Assembly (NCBI GenBank): GCA_024644125.1
Contig: JAHELQ010000002.1
Location: forward strand, 1 to 40,508
Reading direction: 5' to 3'
DNA from: Candidatus Aminicenantes bacterium
GTDB lineage: Bacteria > Acidobacteriota > Aminicenantia > UBA2199
Length of the DNA: 40,508 nt
Shown: piece by piece, positions 1 to 9,300 of the stretch
How the letters are laid out: each line of letters opens with the position of its first letter
How positions within the stretch are numbered: the first letter of the stretch is position 1
Notes under the pieces: generated by a model
Told to the model about the DNA's origin: nothing
The model's input: only the letters and a program-made list of their open reading frames with translations
The model's database searches: none
Made by a program: the position numbers and the translations under genes

Positions 1-13
1 ACTGGGAGTCCGC

Positions 14-871
14 CTAAAATAACAGCTTCGCCCCCAACCTGGCGGCGATGGGCGCCTGGAAATCGCGCCCCATGCCAAACCTGGGGTCCCGGAAAGAAGA
101 CGTTTTCATAACCATATCGATGGCGTCGAATCCATCGAAGATTATCCGCTGATCTAACACCATTCTAAATTGGTTGAAAAGCTGGTGAATCCATCGAGCT
201 GTGGAATTGTCGGTCACATTGTCTATATTGAGACTCAATTGTAGCAAGAGGCGAGCGTTCAACTTGAGGTTGAATTCCAAATAGGCATTCAACTGCCAGA
301 GCCAGTGAGAGCGACCAAGATCGCCGCGACCAAGTGGAAACCAGGCTGGTGCTTCATAGACATAGACATCGGTTTGCACCGGCGTACCGCTCATGGCGAA
401 CCCGTTGAATCCCACCGTGAGGCCGAAATCGAAGGCGTAGGCGCCGTAGGCCTTGATTTGATGGGTACGGTCCGTAGGCAACAATCCGAGGGTCGCTTCG
501 CCATTATGGTCAAAAGTCTTGAACCAAACGTCGAAAGAGCCAGTCATATTAGGCTTAAACACATTCTTTTCAATAGAGCGCGGGATATAGTGGAAATTCC
601 ACACTTGCGGTTCAGGCCGTCCATACTCTTCGGAACTCGTCAAGCCGGAATAATTGCCGAACAACCTACTCCAGGTATAGGAGATACCACCGAGCCAACG
701 CCGACTGAAGCGTCTGTCGAGGCTAACCGTCAAAGAGGTGTAGCGGCGCACAGCTTCGACAGACTCTACGCCTTCAGTCATCAGCCCCAAAAGCTGCATC
801 TCGTCGAATTTATCTTGCACCCAATCCGAACCCGGATTGCCGATGACATATTCGCCCCCCCCGTACTCCAA
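14..871 (-). pseudogene. Outer-membrane beta-barrel, TonB-dependent-receptor-like, C-terminal fragment only (5'-truncated)
   Basis: The 285-aa ORF ends in ...ARLGAKLLF, with the terminal aromatic residue typical of OM barrels. It shows alternating beta-strand patterns and a YTWSRLFGNYSG-type motif. There is no signal peptide or plug domain, and the listed start is an internal TTG. The frame stays open only to nt 922 (stop at 923-925). GC content is visibly higher than in the adjacent phage DNA. Confidence 0.6.
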
Positions 872-1302
872 ACCGATATCTTCAATCGGATGCCGAATTG
901 TGGGGCCGCTTGCGGTTTGCGACTAACCGAGGTCACGCGAAATGCGACCAAATAGCGGGGTTCTGGTGAAGCATACTCCTTAAGTTGCCGGCAGCAATAT
1001 TTTATCATTCGTGTTGGCAAACACCCGTTTTTCTCTATCAACTGAAACATCGATAGAGGTGGTGATAATATTGAGACATCTGGATAGTAGTCCTGGATAA
1101 ACTGTAGCACTTCTGGAGGATCGACAGAAGTGCGACAAAAAAATGCATTAAATCTTACGTTCGCCATTATTGACAGGAGTAATAAAACCTGGCTATCTTT
1201 GCCTCCAGAAAATGCGAGTTGATAACCTTCAGGAGGCTCGTAACTCTTTAAAAGAGCGATTGCAACTGCAATTTTTTTTTCTAGAAGATCGGCTATTAGC
1301 AT
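781..1302 (-). CDS. PP-loop ATP pyrophosphatase / PAPS-reductase-like protein; 3' part doubtful (probably truncated or read-through beyond ~nt 920)
   Basis: PP-loop motif LAFSGGKDSQVLLL, followed by YCCRQLKE and a degenerate xxRxxSxSRK stretch that aligns with the CysH LKE...GLRREQSGSR region. The preferred start, ATG 1302 (MLIADLL), overlaps the upstream stop (ATGCTAA). The last ~45 codons overlap the OMP fragment ORF (781-871) and lie in GC-richer DNA. Confidence 0.5.
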   Translation of the reverse strand: MLIADLLEKKIAVAIALLKSYEPPEGYQLAFSGGKDSQVLLLLSIMANVRFNAFFCRTSVDPPEVLQFIQDYYPDVSILSPPLSMFQLIEKNGCLPTRMIKYCCRQLKEYASPEPRYLVAFRVTSVSRKPQAAPQFGIRLKISVWSTGGANMSSAIRVRIGCKINSTRCSFWG

Positions 1303-2120
1303 GATCGATATTTTGCATAGATAATTGCTGGTCGGGACCATTCCCTTTGAAATTGTTTCCACTCTTTGGTGGTAATGCCATCTATGTTTCTAAACAACAT
1401 CGCGGCTGGGAAAAAGCCTAAATTAAGAACATCAACCAAACGTATTTCAGCTTTTTCTATTGTGTCTTTTGGATACCCAATCAAGCAATAACACCTGAGT
1501 TTATGCCTATCAAATCCCGCATCTCGGAGTTTCCGACTTGCTAAAACAAGCGGTTCGTAGTCATCGGGAGTATCATAGGCAAAAAAGATTTGTGCTGGCT
1601 TCAGTTTTACAAGCAGATCAATATGCCAATCTCGTAGACGGGCGGCCTCAAGGCCGCCTGTAAATTGCGCTTTCTTTTTCTGGCCTTGCAACATTGCGAA
1701 AACCGCTCTTATATGATTTTCGCTACAAGCAAGGATATTGTCATCAAGCACGTTCCAGCCTGGTTGTATTTTCAATTCGCGGACAGTTTCGCCTTCACGT
1801 TGAGGTACAGAACAAAACCAACATCGGTTTGGACAGCCTCTTGATGTTATTGTATAACCTTCGCGCAGATATCGCCCAGGAATAAAATCGCTGCCCGCCA
1901 TTCCCGTCGCGGGACCTCCCATCTTGACCTTATTGGGGTAATATTTTCCCCACTGTTTAGCCAAACGCTCCGCTTTTGGCAAATCATATGAAAAAGTACA
2001 TGAGATATGGATCTCATCAAGGTGTGGTGGAAACATAGAGGGGGGCTCATCAAAAAAACAAAGATTGTCTGTAGGAGTGGCTTTTGTTTTACGAGGGAAT
2101 ACTCTTGCGATGGATGTCAT
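1296..2120 (-). CDS. Radical SAM enzyme with a short B12-binding-like N-terminal region
   Basis: CxxxCxxC cluster motif TSRGCPNRCWFCSV, which has the SRGCPxxCxFC flavour of class-B radical SAM enzymes. It is preceded by KMGGPATGMAG. The preferred start, ATG 2120, overlaps the upstream stop by one nt (TAATG). Confidence 0.75.
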   Translation of the reverse strand: MTSIARVFPRKTKATPTDNLCFFDEPPSMFPPHLDEIHISCTFSYDLPKAERLAKQWGKYYPNKVKMGGPATGMAGSDFIPGRYLREGYTITSRGCPNRCWFCSVPQREGETVRELKIQPGWNVLDDNILACSENHIRAVFAMLQGQKKKAQFTGGLEAARLRDWHIDLLVKLKPAQIFFAYDTPDDYEPLVLASRKLRDAGFDRHKLRCYCLIGYPKDTIEKAEIRLVDVLNLGFFPAAMLFRNIDGITTKEWKQFQREWSRPAIIYAKYRSC

Positions 2121-3430
2121 TAATGCCCCGCCCATCTTTTATTTTGTAGATAGTTTCTCCCTCTGTTCTGTATCTCGGCAGATTTTTGGAGGGGCTCTGA
2201 ATTGCTATATATAGTCATCGTCAAAAATCCTAGATATTGACTGAAAGTAATTATTTCCTCTCTGGCGTCACCATATATATCTTGGATGTATGGTTTGGGC
2301 GAATCCAATCGAACAATGGGTTTGATGGGTTTGGGATTCCCGCTATTGTATTGGCAAATTGTGGATCGATAGATTATCTCATCAACACCAACTCCGTCCC
2401 AATCGACAACACCATCAAGTTTTATCTCCTTGATTAGTTGCCCCCCTTTCGAATTGTGGAGGTGAGGGCATTTCATACCTCTCCCAGGTAGCTTGTAATA
2501 GACAAACATCTCTTTTCCTGGGTGTTTCTCTGAGATATCGGCGGCAAATCCTGCATGAGCATGAAACGTGGTTTTGCAATTGCAGAAGTGAGTAAGCACA
2601 TTGCCTAAGTTGTCAGTCAAATAACCGCCCCATGGCGGTTGCTCAAAATGCATGAAAACCTCTAAACCTGCAACGTCCGGTCGGATATCAGAGATATAAA
2701 CTCCGTCTGCATGATTCCATTGTTGTTTGCCATGAAGGCCTTGAAATCCTGACTTACCGAACCGATAAACACCAAGAAATGCTTCATCCTTTCCATCTTG
2801 GTTAATATCTGCTATTTCGAAACGGTGCGCACTGGATAAACCAATGCCTGGAGGCTCATGAAAAAAGAAGACAGTATTCCAGGCTTGGTTTTCGTATCGA
2901 TATGCGACAACATATCTGTGTTGGTCCTTTTGGTGCCCACTGCCATAAACAACATAAGGATGCTCATCGAAATAAGCTATTCCAATTGTTTTGTAGCGCA
3001 AGGTCGGAGTTTTGCTATAGGAAGTACTTGGAACTGGGACCTTGGCAAGAACCTTTTTTGCAGTTGGGTCATATGCATAAAGATAATACTGCCCTTTCTT
3101 GGTATTGTAGCGAATCCCGACAAGCTCCTCTTTTCCATCTTCGTTGATATCCCAAAGGGTCGCCGGAATCCGAAGTAAAACTTCGGATTCCTTCATATCG
3201 ATATCAGCAACTGTTGCGCCTGAATGGGAAAGCACACGACAATGGACCGTCGTCTCTCCGGTTAGAATAAGAAAATCAGTCTTACCATCACCGTCAATAT
3301 CACCAGGCTTCACCATTGCATTCCCTGTTTTGGCAATGTAATGATAGCGTTTTAAAATATTCTGGTTGCCCAACAGGCTTACTGTTAAAACTAGGATTAA
3401 CGGAACAATAAACCGCATTTTATTCTCCAT
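2120..3430 (-). CDS. Secreted FG-GAP/VCBS-type beta-propeller repeat protein
   Basis: N-terminal signal peptide MRFIVPLILVLTVSLLG. Repeated Ca-binding DxDxDG motifs are present (GDIDGDGKTD, WDINEDGKEE, ADINQDGKDE). The gene is tightly packed in the late operon. Confidence 0.7.
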   Translation of the reverse strand: MENKMRFIVPLILVLTVSLLGNQNILKRYHYIAKTGNAMVKPGDIDGDGKTDFLILTGETTVHCRVLSHSGATVADIDMKESEVLLRIPATLWDINEDGKEELVGIRYNTKKGQYYLYAYDPTAKKVLAKVPVPSTSYSKTPTLRYKTIGIAYFDEHPYVVYGSGHQKDQHRYVVAYRYENQAWNTVFFFHEPPGIGLSSAHRFEIADINQDGKDEAFLGVYRFGKSGFQGLHGKQQWNHADGVYISDIRPDVAGLEVFMHFEQPPWGGYLTDNLGNVLTHFCNCKTTFHAHAGFAADISEKHPGKEMFVYYKLPGRGMKCPHLHNSKGGQLIKEIKLDGVVDWDGVGVDEIIYRSTICQYNSGNPKPIKPIVRLDSPKPYIQDIYGDAREEIITFSQYLGFLTMTIYSNSEPLQKSAEIQNRGRNYLQNKRWAGH

Positions 3431-3440
3431 TAAAAAACCT

Positions 3441-5558
3441 TTAAAGACCTTTTACAGTGGTTGAGGAGTCGGGTACCGGATGGGTATCAGACAGATCGCT
3501 CTTGGGGGCGAGGCCTCCTAGATTCTTTTTACAAATCACGATTTCATCGACACTTGCATCTAAGAAATTCTGGTTGTCACCCCTCTGTCCGATGTACAAA
3601 TTACCTGAATAAAGCTTTGTATATGTTGGGTAGTCCTGGAAAGCACATTGAATCCCATTTACATAAATGGCTATTTTACCGGAGATTCTGGCGAAAGTGA
3701 CAAAATACCAGGTGTCAGCCGTCAATGTCGTGTTTGATAGTGTCTCAAATTCTAAAATAGAATTCTTCATTAATGCAGCTTTCAACTGCCCGCTGGCATT
3801 TAGTAGTAACCGATAATAGTTGTTATCATCTTTGTAAAGAGTGAGAATGTTTTGTTTGGTTGTCACATTGTCAAAATTCACCCAGGCATAACACACAAAA
3901 TCCTCTGCCCCAGCAAACTCGAAGTAATCCGAGTAGTTTAACACAAGGTATTGGTCTATCCCATCGAATTCAATAGCACTTTCATTGAACTTAACCTTTG
4001 TATTGTTATACGCTATCTGGGAAAATGCATTTACCTTTGTGTTCCATGAGGGAGCGTAATTCAAAAAACGTCTACTCCCAGCCGGTTCATTTGATTTCAG
4101 TAATAGCTTGCAATTTGTTTGAAGTTCCTGGAAATAGTCAATATCTTCAAGCTCAATGTCAGCCATATCCCGTAGAAAATCAAACGAAATGCTTGTAATC
4201 CTGTATAGCTTCTCATCCTTGCTCTGGTCTGGATGTTTTAAAATAACAGTAGAATATGGTCTCAGTGCAAGTATCGCCGGTGTTAGAGTATGTGTTTGAA
4301 TTCGATTACCTGCGGTGGGCTCATACTTTTGTAGAACGGTTTCTTTCGCGCATATTTCTGCCTGATATGAATCTCTTACAAAGCCAAAATCAATTTTTGC
4401 ATTCTGCTGGAATTCTCCGGTAGCGGCAACAGAATCTCGGTCAACATAAATCAATTCCTTAGATTCATCATCATCTATTGCATATTTTGCATAAACATAA
4501 TTTTGCGCGAGTTGTGGTAAGAACATGAAGGATTGAGAGATACTTACCTCACATTCAATAAAGTAGATATCGGCTGTGTTGATAGTGTCTAAATCTGAGT
4601 ATACAATATGGATTTCCCAGTTCCCAGTTGTCTCATTGACGCTCATATAATATCCAACAGAAAACGACTCACAGAATGCCGCAACTACATCCGAAAGGCT
4701 CTCATTATTGAGCAGTCCAAAATTCGGTTTGAAATCTTTTTTATCAAAAAACTTCTTGGTATCTGCATCGTAGGCAATCCTGTACTCCGAAGCAAAATTG
4801 TCAAAAAACGTATTTAGACGCTCGTATGCATTTTGGTTGTATGTGGCTGCTTCTACTTCGCAAATTAAATATTCCTCCTCAGTCGCGGAATACTCAATAT
4901 ATGTCAGTGATGTTGCATCATTCTTGGTGCAAGAGGAAGTAACGTCCGTAAGTTCAGGTGTCAACACTTTCGTCAACGTTATATTCGTTGAATTCGGCAT
5001 ACAATACAACGCATATTTGTTTTGGTCAAATCGATATGCTTTGACCTTTTTGAATTCACCTTCAAAATATGGAATTGTCTTCCCAATGTTGTCTTGTGGT
5101 GCGTTGGGGAATGTACTTTCATCAATTTTTACAGTGCAGTCTTCTGTAAACTTACCGTGGTTGTTGCTGCATTCGAGATGAAATGTATCATCACCGGTTC
5201 CCCAACTTGTAATTTTTTGAATATCTACTACCGATAAGTCTTCTGCTCTGAAAACAACCAAACAGTTTTCAAGATATTCATTCCCATATTGCTTGTACTT
5301 CTGAACGCCATTAATTCGTGGGTCTGACAAAACTATTTCTCTTGTTGATCCCCGGAAACGCTGCGAAAAATCAAAATGAATGGGGCTTACGTTTTCAATT
5401 GCCCCATCATATGTAGTCCCATCTACATATGTTGCAGATGCTCCGGTCTTTACATATTCAATTTTATTTGGGAAATGAATATCAATTAGCAACTCCGCTG
5501 GCATTGCATACCTCCAAATAGTTAAAGTCAATAGCAAACAAAAAAATACTCTTTTCAT
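3441..5558 (-). CDS. Tail-tip / receptor-binding protein candidate with C-terminal LamG (concanavalin-A-like) domain
   Basis: The 705-aa ORF is the second gene after the tape measure. Its C-terminal ~170 aa read like Laminin_G_3 (FDGIDQYLVL...DTWYFVTFARISGKIAIYVNG...LYIGQRG). Two in-frame starts each have a Shine-Dalgarno (SD) sequence: AGGAGG-4-ATG at 5558 and GGAGG-6-ATG at 5504. Confidence 0.6.
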   Translation of the reverse strand: MKRVFFCLLLTLTIWRYAMPAELLIDIHFPNKIEYVKTGASATYVDGTTYDGAIENVSPIHFDFSQRFRGSTREIVLSDPRINGVQKYKQYGNEYLENCLVVFRAEDLSVVDIQKITSWGTGDDTFHLECSNNHGKFTEDCTVKIDESTFPNAPQDNIGKTIPYFEGEFKKVKAYRFDQNKYALYCMPNSTNITLTKVLTPELTDVTSSCTKNDATSLTYIEYSATEEEYLICEVEAATYNQNAYERLNTFFDNFASEYRIAYDADTKKFFDKKDFKPNFGLLNNESLSDVVAAFCESFSVGYYMSVNETTGNWEIHIVYSDLDTINTADIYFIECEVSISQSFMFLPQLAQNYVYAKYAIDDDESKELIYVDRDSVAATGEFQQNAKIDFGFVRDSYQAEICAKETVLQKYEPTAGNRIQTHTLTPAILALRPYSTVILKHPDQSKDEKLYRITSISFDFLRDMADIELEDIDYFQELQTNCKLLLKSNEPAGSRRFLNYAPSWNTKVNAFSQIAYNNTKVKFNESAIEFDGIDQYLVLNYSDYFEFAGAEDFVCYAWVNFDNVTTKQNILTLYKDDNNYYRLLLNASGQLKAALMKNSILEFETLSNTTLTADTWYFVTFARISGKIAIYVNGIQCAFQDYPTYTKLYSGNLYIGQRGDNQNFLDASVDEIVICKKNLGGLAPKSDLSDTHPVPDSSTTVKGL

Positions 5559-5566
5559 AGTTCCTC

Positions 5567-6322
5567 CTATACGTTTTCTTCGAACGAAACAACAACTTCG
5601 TTTTGATCTAGATTCTGGTTTAATGGTACTTGCACATCAAGCATCCCCAACAAAGCTTCCTCACCATCCGGCAAAAACACAACCGAATCATCAAGAGCGA
5701 TTTGGTGGCACAATTCAATTTTTTGGGCATCTTCTACTTGGCTAAATGTACAGTCATATATTTTACAGCTATAATCGACACGTCCCCTTAGTGCTCCTCT
5801 CGGAGTCCTTTTTTTAGTTTTCGACGTCAGTGGCCCTCCACGGAAATTCCAATTATAGTTTGTTGGTGCAATATATATTTTTTGTCCAATGTATATTTGC
5901 CCGAAACGCGCCGCTACAGTGAACTTCACTCGATAGTATCTATAATTAAATTGCTGAATTAAAACTGCATATCTCCTGTAGTACTTCTCCCTGGTATATG
6001 GATCGATAGTAGGTAACGTTTCTGACTTGATTTCGAATGCGACTGTTTCAGCTATTGTGGCAAAATTGTCATTGGAGGCTTCTATAAATAGTTGATCCGT
6101 CTCCTGTAGGCTGACATTCTTAATGATTACCCCCTCAATATTTGTCGAGGTTGGGAACTCAATGTTGATATACTTGGCCCCAGCAGATTCATCACTCCAA
6201 AGCTCTGTCCCAATGTATCCATCTACAAGGCGATCAACATCATGGTGATCGATACTTGCCCACGATGTTGTGATTGAGGCTAAGTTTGCACAACTACTGT
6301 ACAAAAATGTTGCGTTCCCCAT
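5567..6322 (-). CDS. Distal tail protein candidate (Dit position and size)
   Basis: This 251-aa ORF lies immediately after the tape measure, and its start overlaps the TMP stop (TAATG). The assignment rests on position and size only. Confidence 0.5.
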   Translation of the reverse strand: MGNATFLYSSCANLASITTSWASIDHHDVDRLVDGYIGTELWSDESAGAKYINIEFPTSTNIEGVIIKNVSLQETDQLFIEASNDNFATIAETVAFEIKSETLPTIDPYTREKYYRRYAVLIQQFNYRYYRVKFTVAARFGQIYIGQKIYIAPTNYNWNFRGGPLTSKTKKRTPRGALRGRVDYSCKIYDCTFSQVEDAQKIELCHQIALDDSVVFLPDGEEALLGMLDVQVPLNQNLDQNEVVVSFEENV

Positions 6323-9300
6323 TAGTTCCCCCTATCTCTGAGTCTTTCGATGATTGTCCTGGAACCTCCGATATTATGCCGCATGATGTGACCGAAATCC
6401 CTTGCCAGATCGTTAATGGAATATTCTTTTTGGATTACGATTTGCCCAAGAAAGTTATTCTCAATACGCATTGAGCTTGTCTTGTTTTCTTCTGTTTGGT
6501 CCATAAGCGGGTGATTAATGGTAGGTCGCGCGATTTTTTTCTTGGGTATCAAGGCGAGCTTTTCCGGCCCGGACTCTCCCGCAAGTATGGTCTTTCCATT
6601 GAAATGTATCAAGGTAGGCTTAGTGAGGTCCTCCTCGTAGCCATCGGCGGCGGCGAAATCGGGATCATTTCCACCAATGTTTCCACCCGTTCCAGTTCCA
6701 GGAGATGGAGTATCTGGAAAGTCGGCAACGTCCCACCCTACTTTCACTGTCAATGCCGGCGGACGTAAACCCAGGAGTTTGTCCTCAAAATCCGCGACAC
6801 CTTGCTTAGCTTTTTTCATTGAACTTTCAACCGTTTCGCCAAGCTCATCAAAAATATTCAACCCATCAGAGCTGATTCCTGTAAATTGCTCCATTATGTA
6901 TACAAGGCGTTCCAGGGAGTCATTCATCTGCTGTTGGTATTCACCTTGTGTTTTCATTGCATCAAGGTTGTAACCTTGCTCCTCAGCCTTCTTGATGAGG
7001 AGAGCAACGTCATCTTCCAGGACAAGATTCTGCTGTTCTGCGAACCATTTCTGTTTCGCGAGTAGCGGGAGTATTGCTTCCATTGCCTGTTGCTCTGTAG
7101 CACTGTTCGCTATTAGTTGGTTGTAGAATTTGACCGCATCCGCTTGCGAATTTTTCCATTGAGCCTCATTAGCTTTGAGGTAACCAGTATTACCAAGACC
7201 GGAAATTATTTCTTTCACAAGAGTTATTTGCTGGAGCACTTCGGAGTTTTCTTCTGCAAATTGTCGCATATCTAGAAGCTCAGCAACCCCGGATGATGTA
7301 TATCCTTTTTCAAGGATTTTATCGATGGCCGGTCCAAGTTTCTCGGTGACTTCTAGGAGATTTTTCCCCTCCGAAATATACGATGACATATATCCCTGGA
7401 TGTAGGATACAGCATTGGCATATTGGTCTTCTGATAGATCAAGACTTAGATATTCTTCGAGTGCAGGGGTTCTTTCATCAAGCTGTGCCATGACATATTC
7501 CGAAACCTTTGTAATCTCCGAAAAGCTCCCTTTAAGCTCTCTCGATTTTTCAATGATTGATATCATCGCCGCCGATCCGTGAGCCCCTAACTCATCGGCT
7601 TTTTTTACAAGAATTTCGAAGCTGTCGTTTATTGCCTGGAGGCTCTCTGTACTACCTCCGAACACTGAAATATTTTCGAATTGTTCAAGGACCTTTTCCG
7701 TCCATTCCTGGAAACTCTGAAAGTTCGTCACGCCCTCATCGATATTATCAGCTAACAACTTGGTGAACGCCCGGTCTACTGAACCTATTTCCTCGGACAA
7801 TTGCGCGAGCTCATCACGCATTTCCGAGGACACAACCGAAATTCCATGGAAAGCCCTTCTTGCTTTTCCGTCCCAGTCTTCACCAAATAGTTCTTCTATA
7901 ACCGCTCCCAAGCCCGCTAGTGCACCAGTAATGCCGGCGACGATTCCGGCAATGTTGCCGGACTTGATTGATATTACCGTCTGGAGTATCCCAGAACTGA
8001 AATCTAATAGACCTCCGCCAGCCCCATCAAGATTTACACCAAGCCCTTCTAAAAGTTTTCCGAGATTGTCTACTTGTGCACTTGCAAACTCCATGATTTC
8101 ATTGGAGTCTCTCCAATCAATGTTCCATTCTTTTGTCCGGTCGCGATTATCCATTATCCCGTTAGTGAATTTCAGAAATTCATAATTCATGGTTGGGATC
8201 GTCCCGGACATACTATACAAAGCTTGAATGAACTTAGCGGCTTCAATAACCGTGTATGCAATTTCCTGGCGGTAATTCATCATATGAGCGGTTGCAGTAC
8301 CCCATGCCGGTGATGATGCCTCGAGAATCCTTTCTGTTAACTCAAGACGTGTGTCAAGATCAAGATATGCAACGCTTGCGTTTGTTATCGATGTATTATG
8401 CTTTTGCACTGAATCTATTACAATTTTGAGAGAGTTAGATACCTTATCTCCAAGCTGGATTGAAAGCTCTTTCAATTCTTTTTGGAATTTTTCATAACCT
8501 TCAGTATTTTTTGTAATCACGTCTCTATGATTTTTCCACAGGTAAATGAGATGTTCTTGCTTCTTAAGTGATTCGGATAATTTTTCTCCTACAAGAACAC
8601 CATAAGACTCGGCGAGGGATTCAAATGCCTTCCCGAGCTCCTTGGTACTTGCGCTTAGAGTGTAAGTTTCTTCTATTATTTTTTTGAGCGATTCCGGTAC
8701 CTTCTCGTTTGCACGTTCGTATTTTTCTACAAGTTCGGTTGTTTCCCTATAATAATTCGCCTTCAATTGTTTGTTATTCTTGATCTGATAATATTCACGA
8801 GTATAACTTTCGACAAGCAAATCTGTTTTGCGATACATCTGTTCGATCTGTGAGACTGTTACAACTCCGAGTTCTTTCGATATCTTCGCGACCTCTTCCT
8901 TCCACGCAAGCTCTTCTTTCAATTTGTTGATATAACCTTCCATAATGCGAGAAACAGCTTGTGCCCGTTCGCCTGTCTCGAGGGAACTGATATTCTCTTT
9001 ATGGAGTAACTCATCAAGTAATTCTATCGCCTGGGTAGTTCCATGCTTGCGCACAAGTTGCACATCACGCAAGGCTTGTATTTCTTTTCGCGACGCATCT
9101 TGAATAAGACCAATAATACTGTCCTGTATTTCAAATCCTTTTTTCATGAGCGAATCGAAATGATTCATTACCATCTCAACGCCTACAAGAGCGATTGACA
9201 TCTTTAGCTCTGTCGGCATCGCTTTCATAGCATTTTGAAGGTTACCTAAAGAGGACATCACTCCCTTATTCGTGTTGATGAACGTCTTCCCGAAGGCCCT

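Noticed and set aside
305-955. 216-aa plus-strand ORF
   Set aside because: It lies entirely antisense to the OM-barrel fragment, is Arg/Gly-rich with a shadow-frame composition, and has no SD sequence or motif.
967-971. TGAAG here and at 36817-36821 as a possible 5-bp Mu-type target duplication
   Set aside because: A 5-mer match in junction zones this wide is expected by chance. It would require the sequence left of 967 to continue the NRPS C domain. That reading (SSPEPRYLVAFRV...) lacks the SxAQxR...YN motifs, and the OM-barrel frame starts within 50 bp.
952-985. Imperfect inverted similarity between 952-985 (ATAGCGGGG...GCATACT) and the reverse complement of 36780-36816 (ATAGGGGG...GATACT)
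   Set aside because: It needs gaps and has a mismatched central 10 nt. It could not be distinguished from chance by eye, so it is kept only as a weak alternative for the ends.
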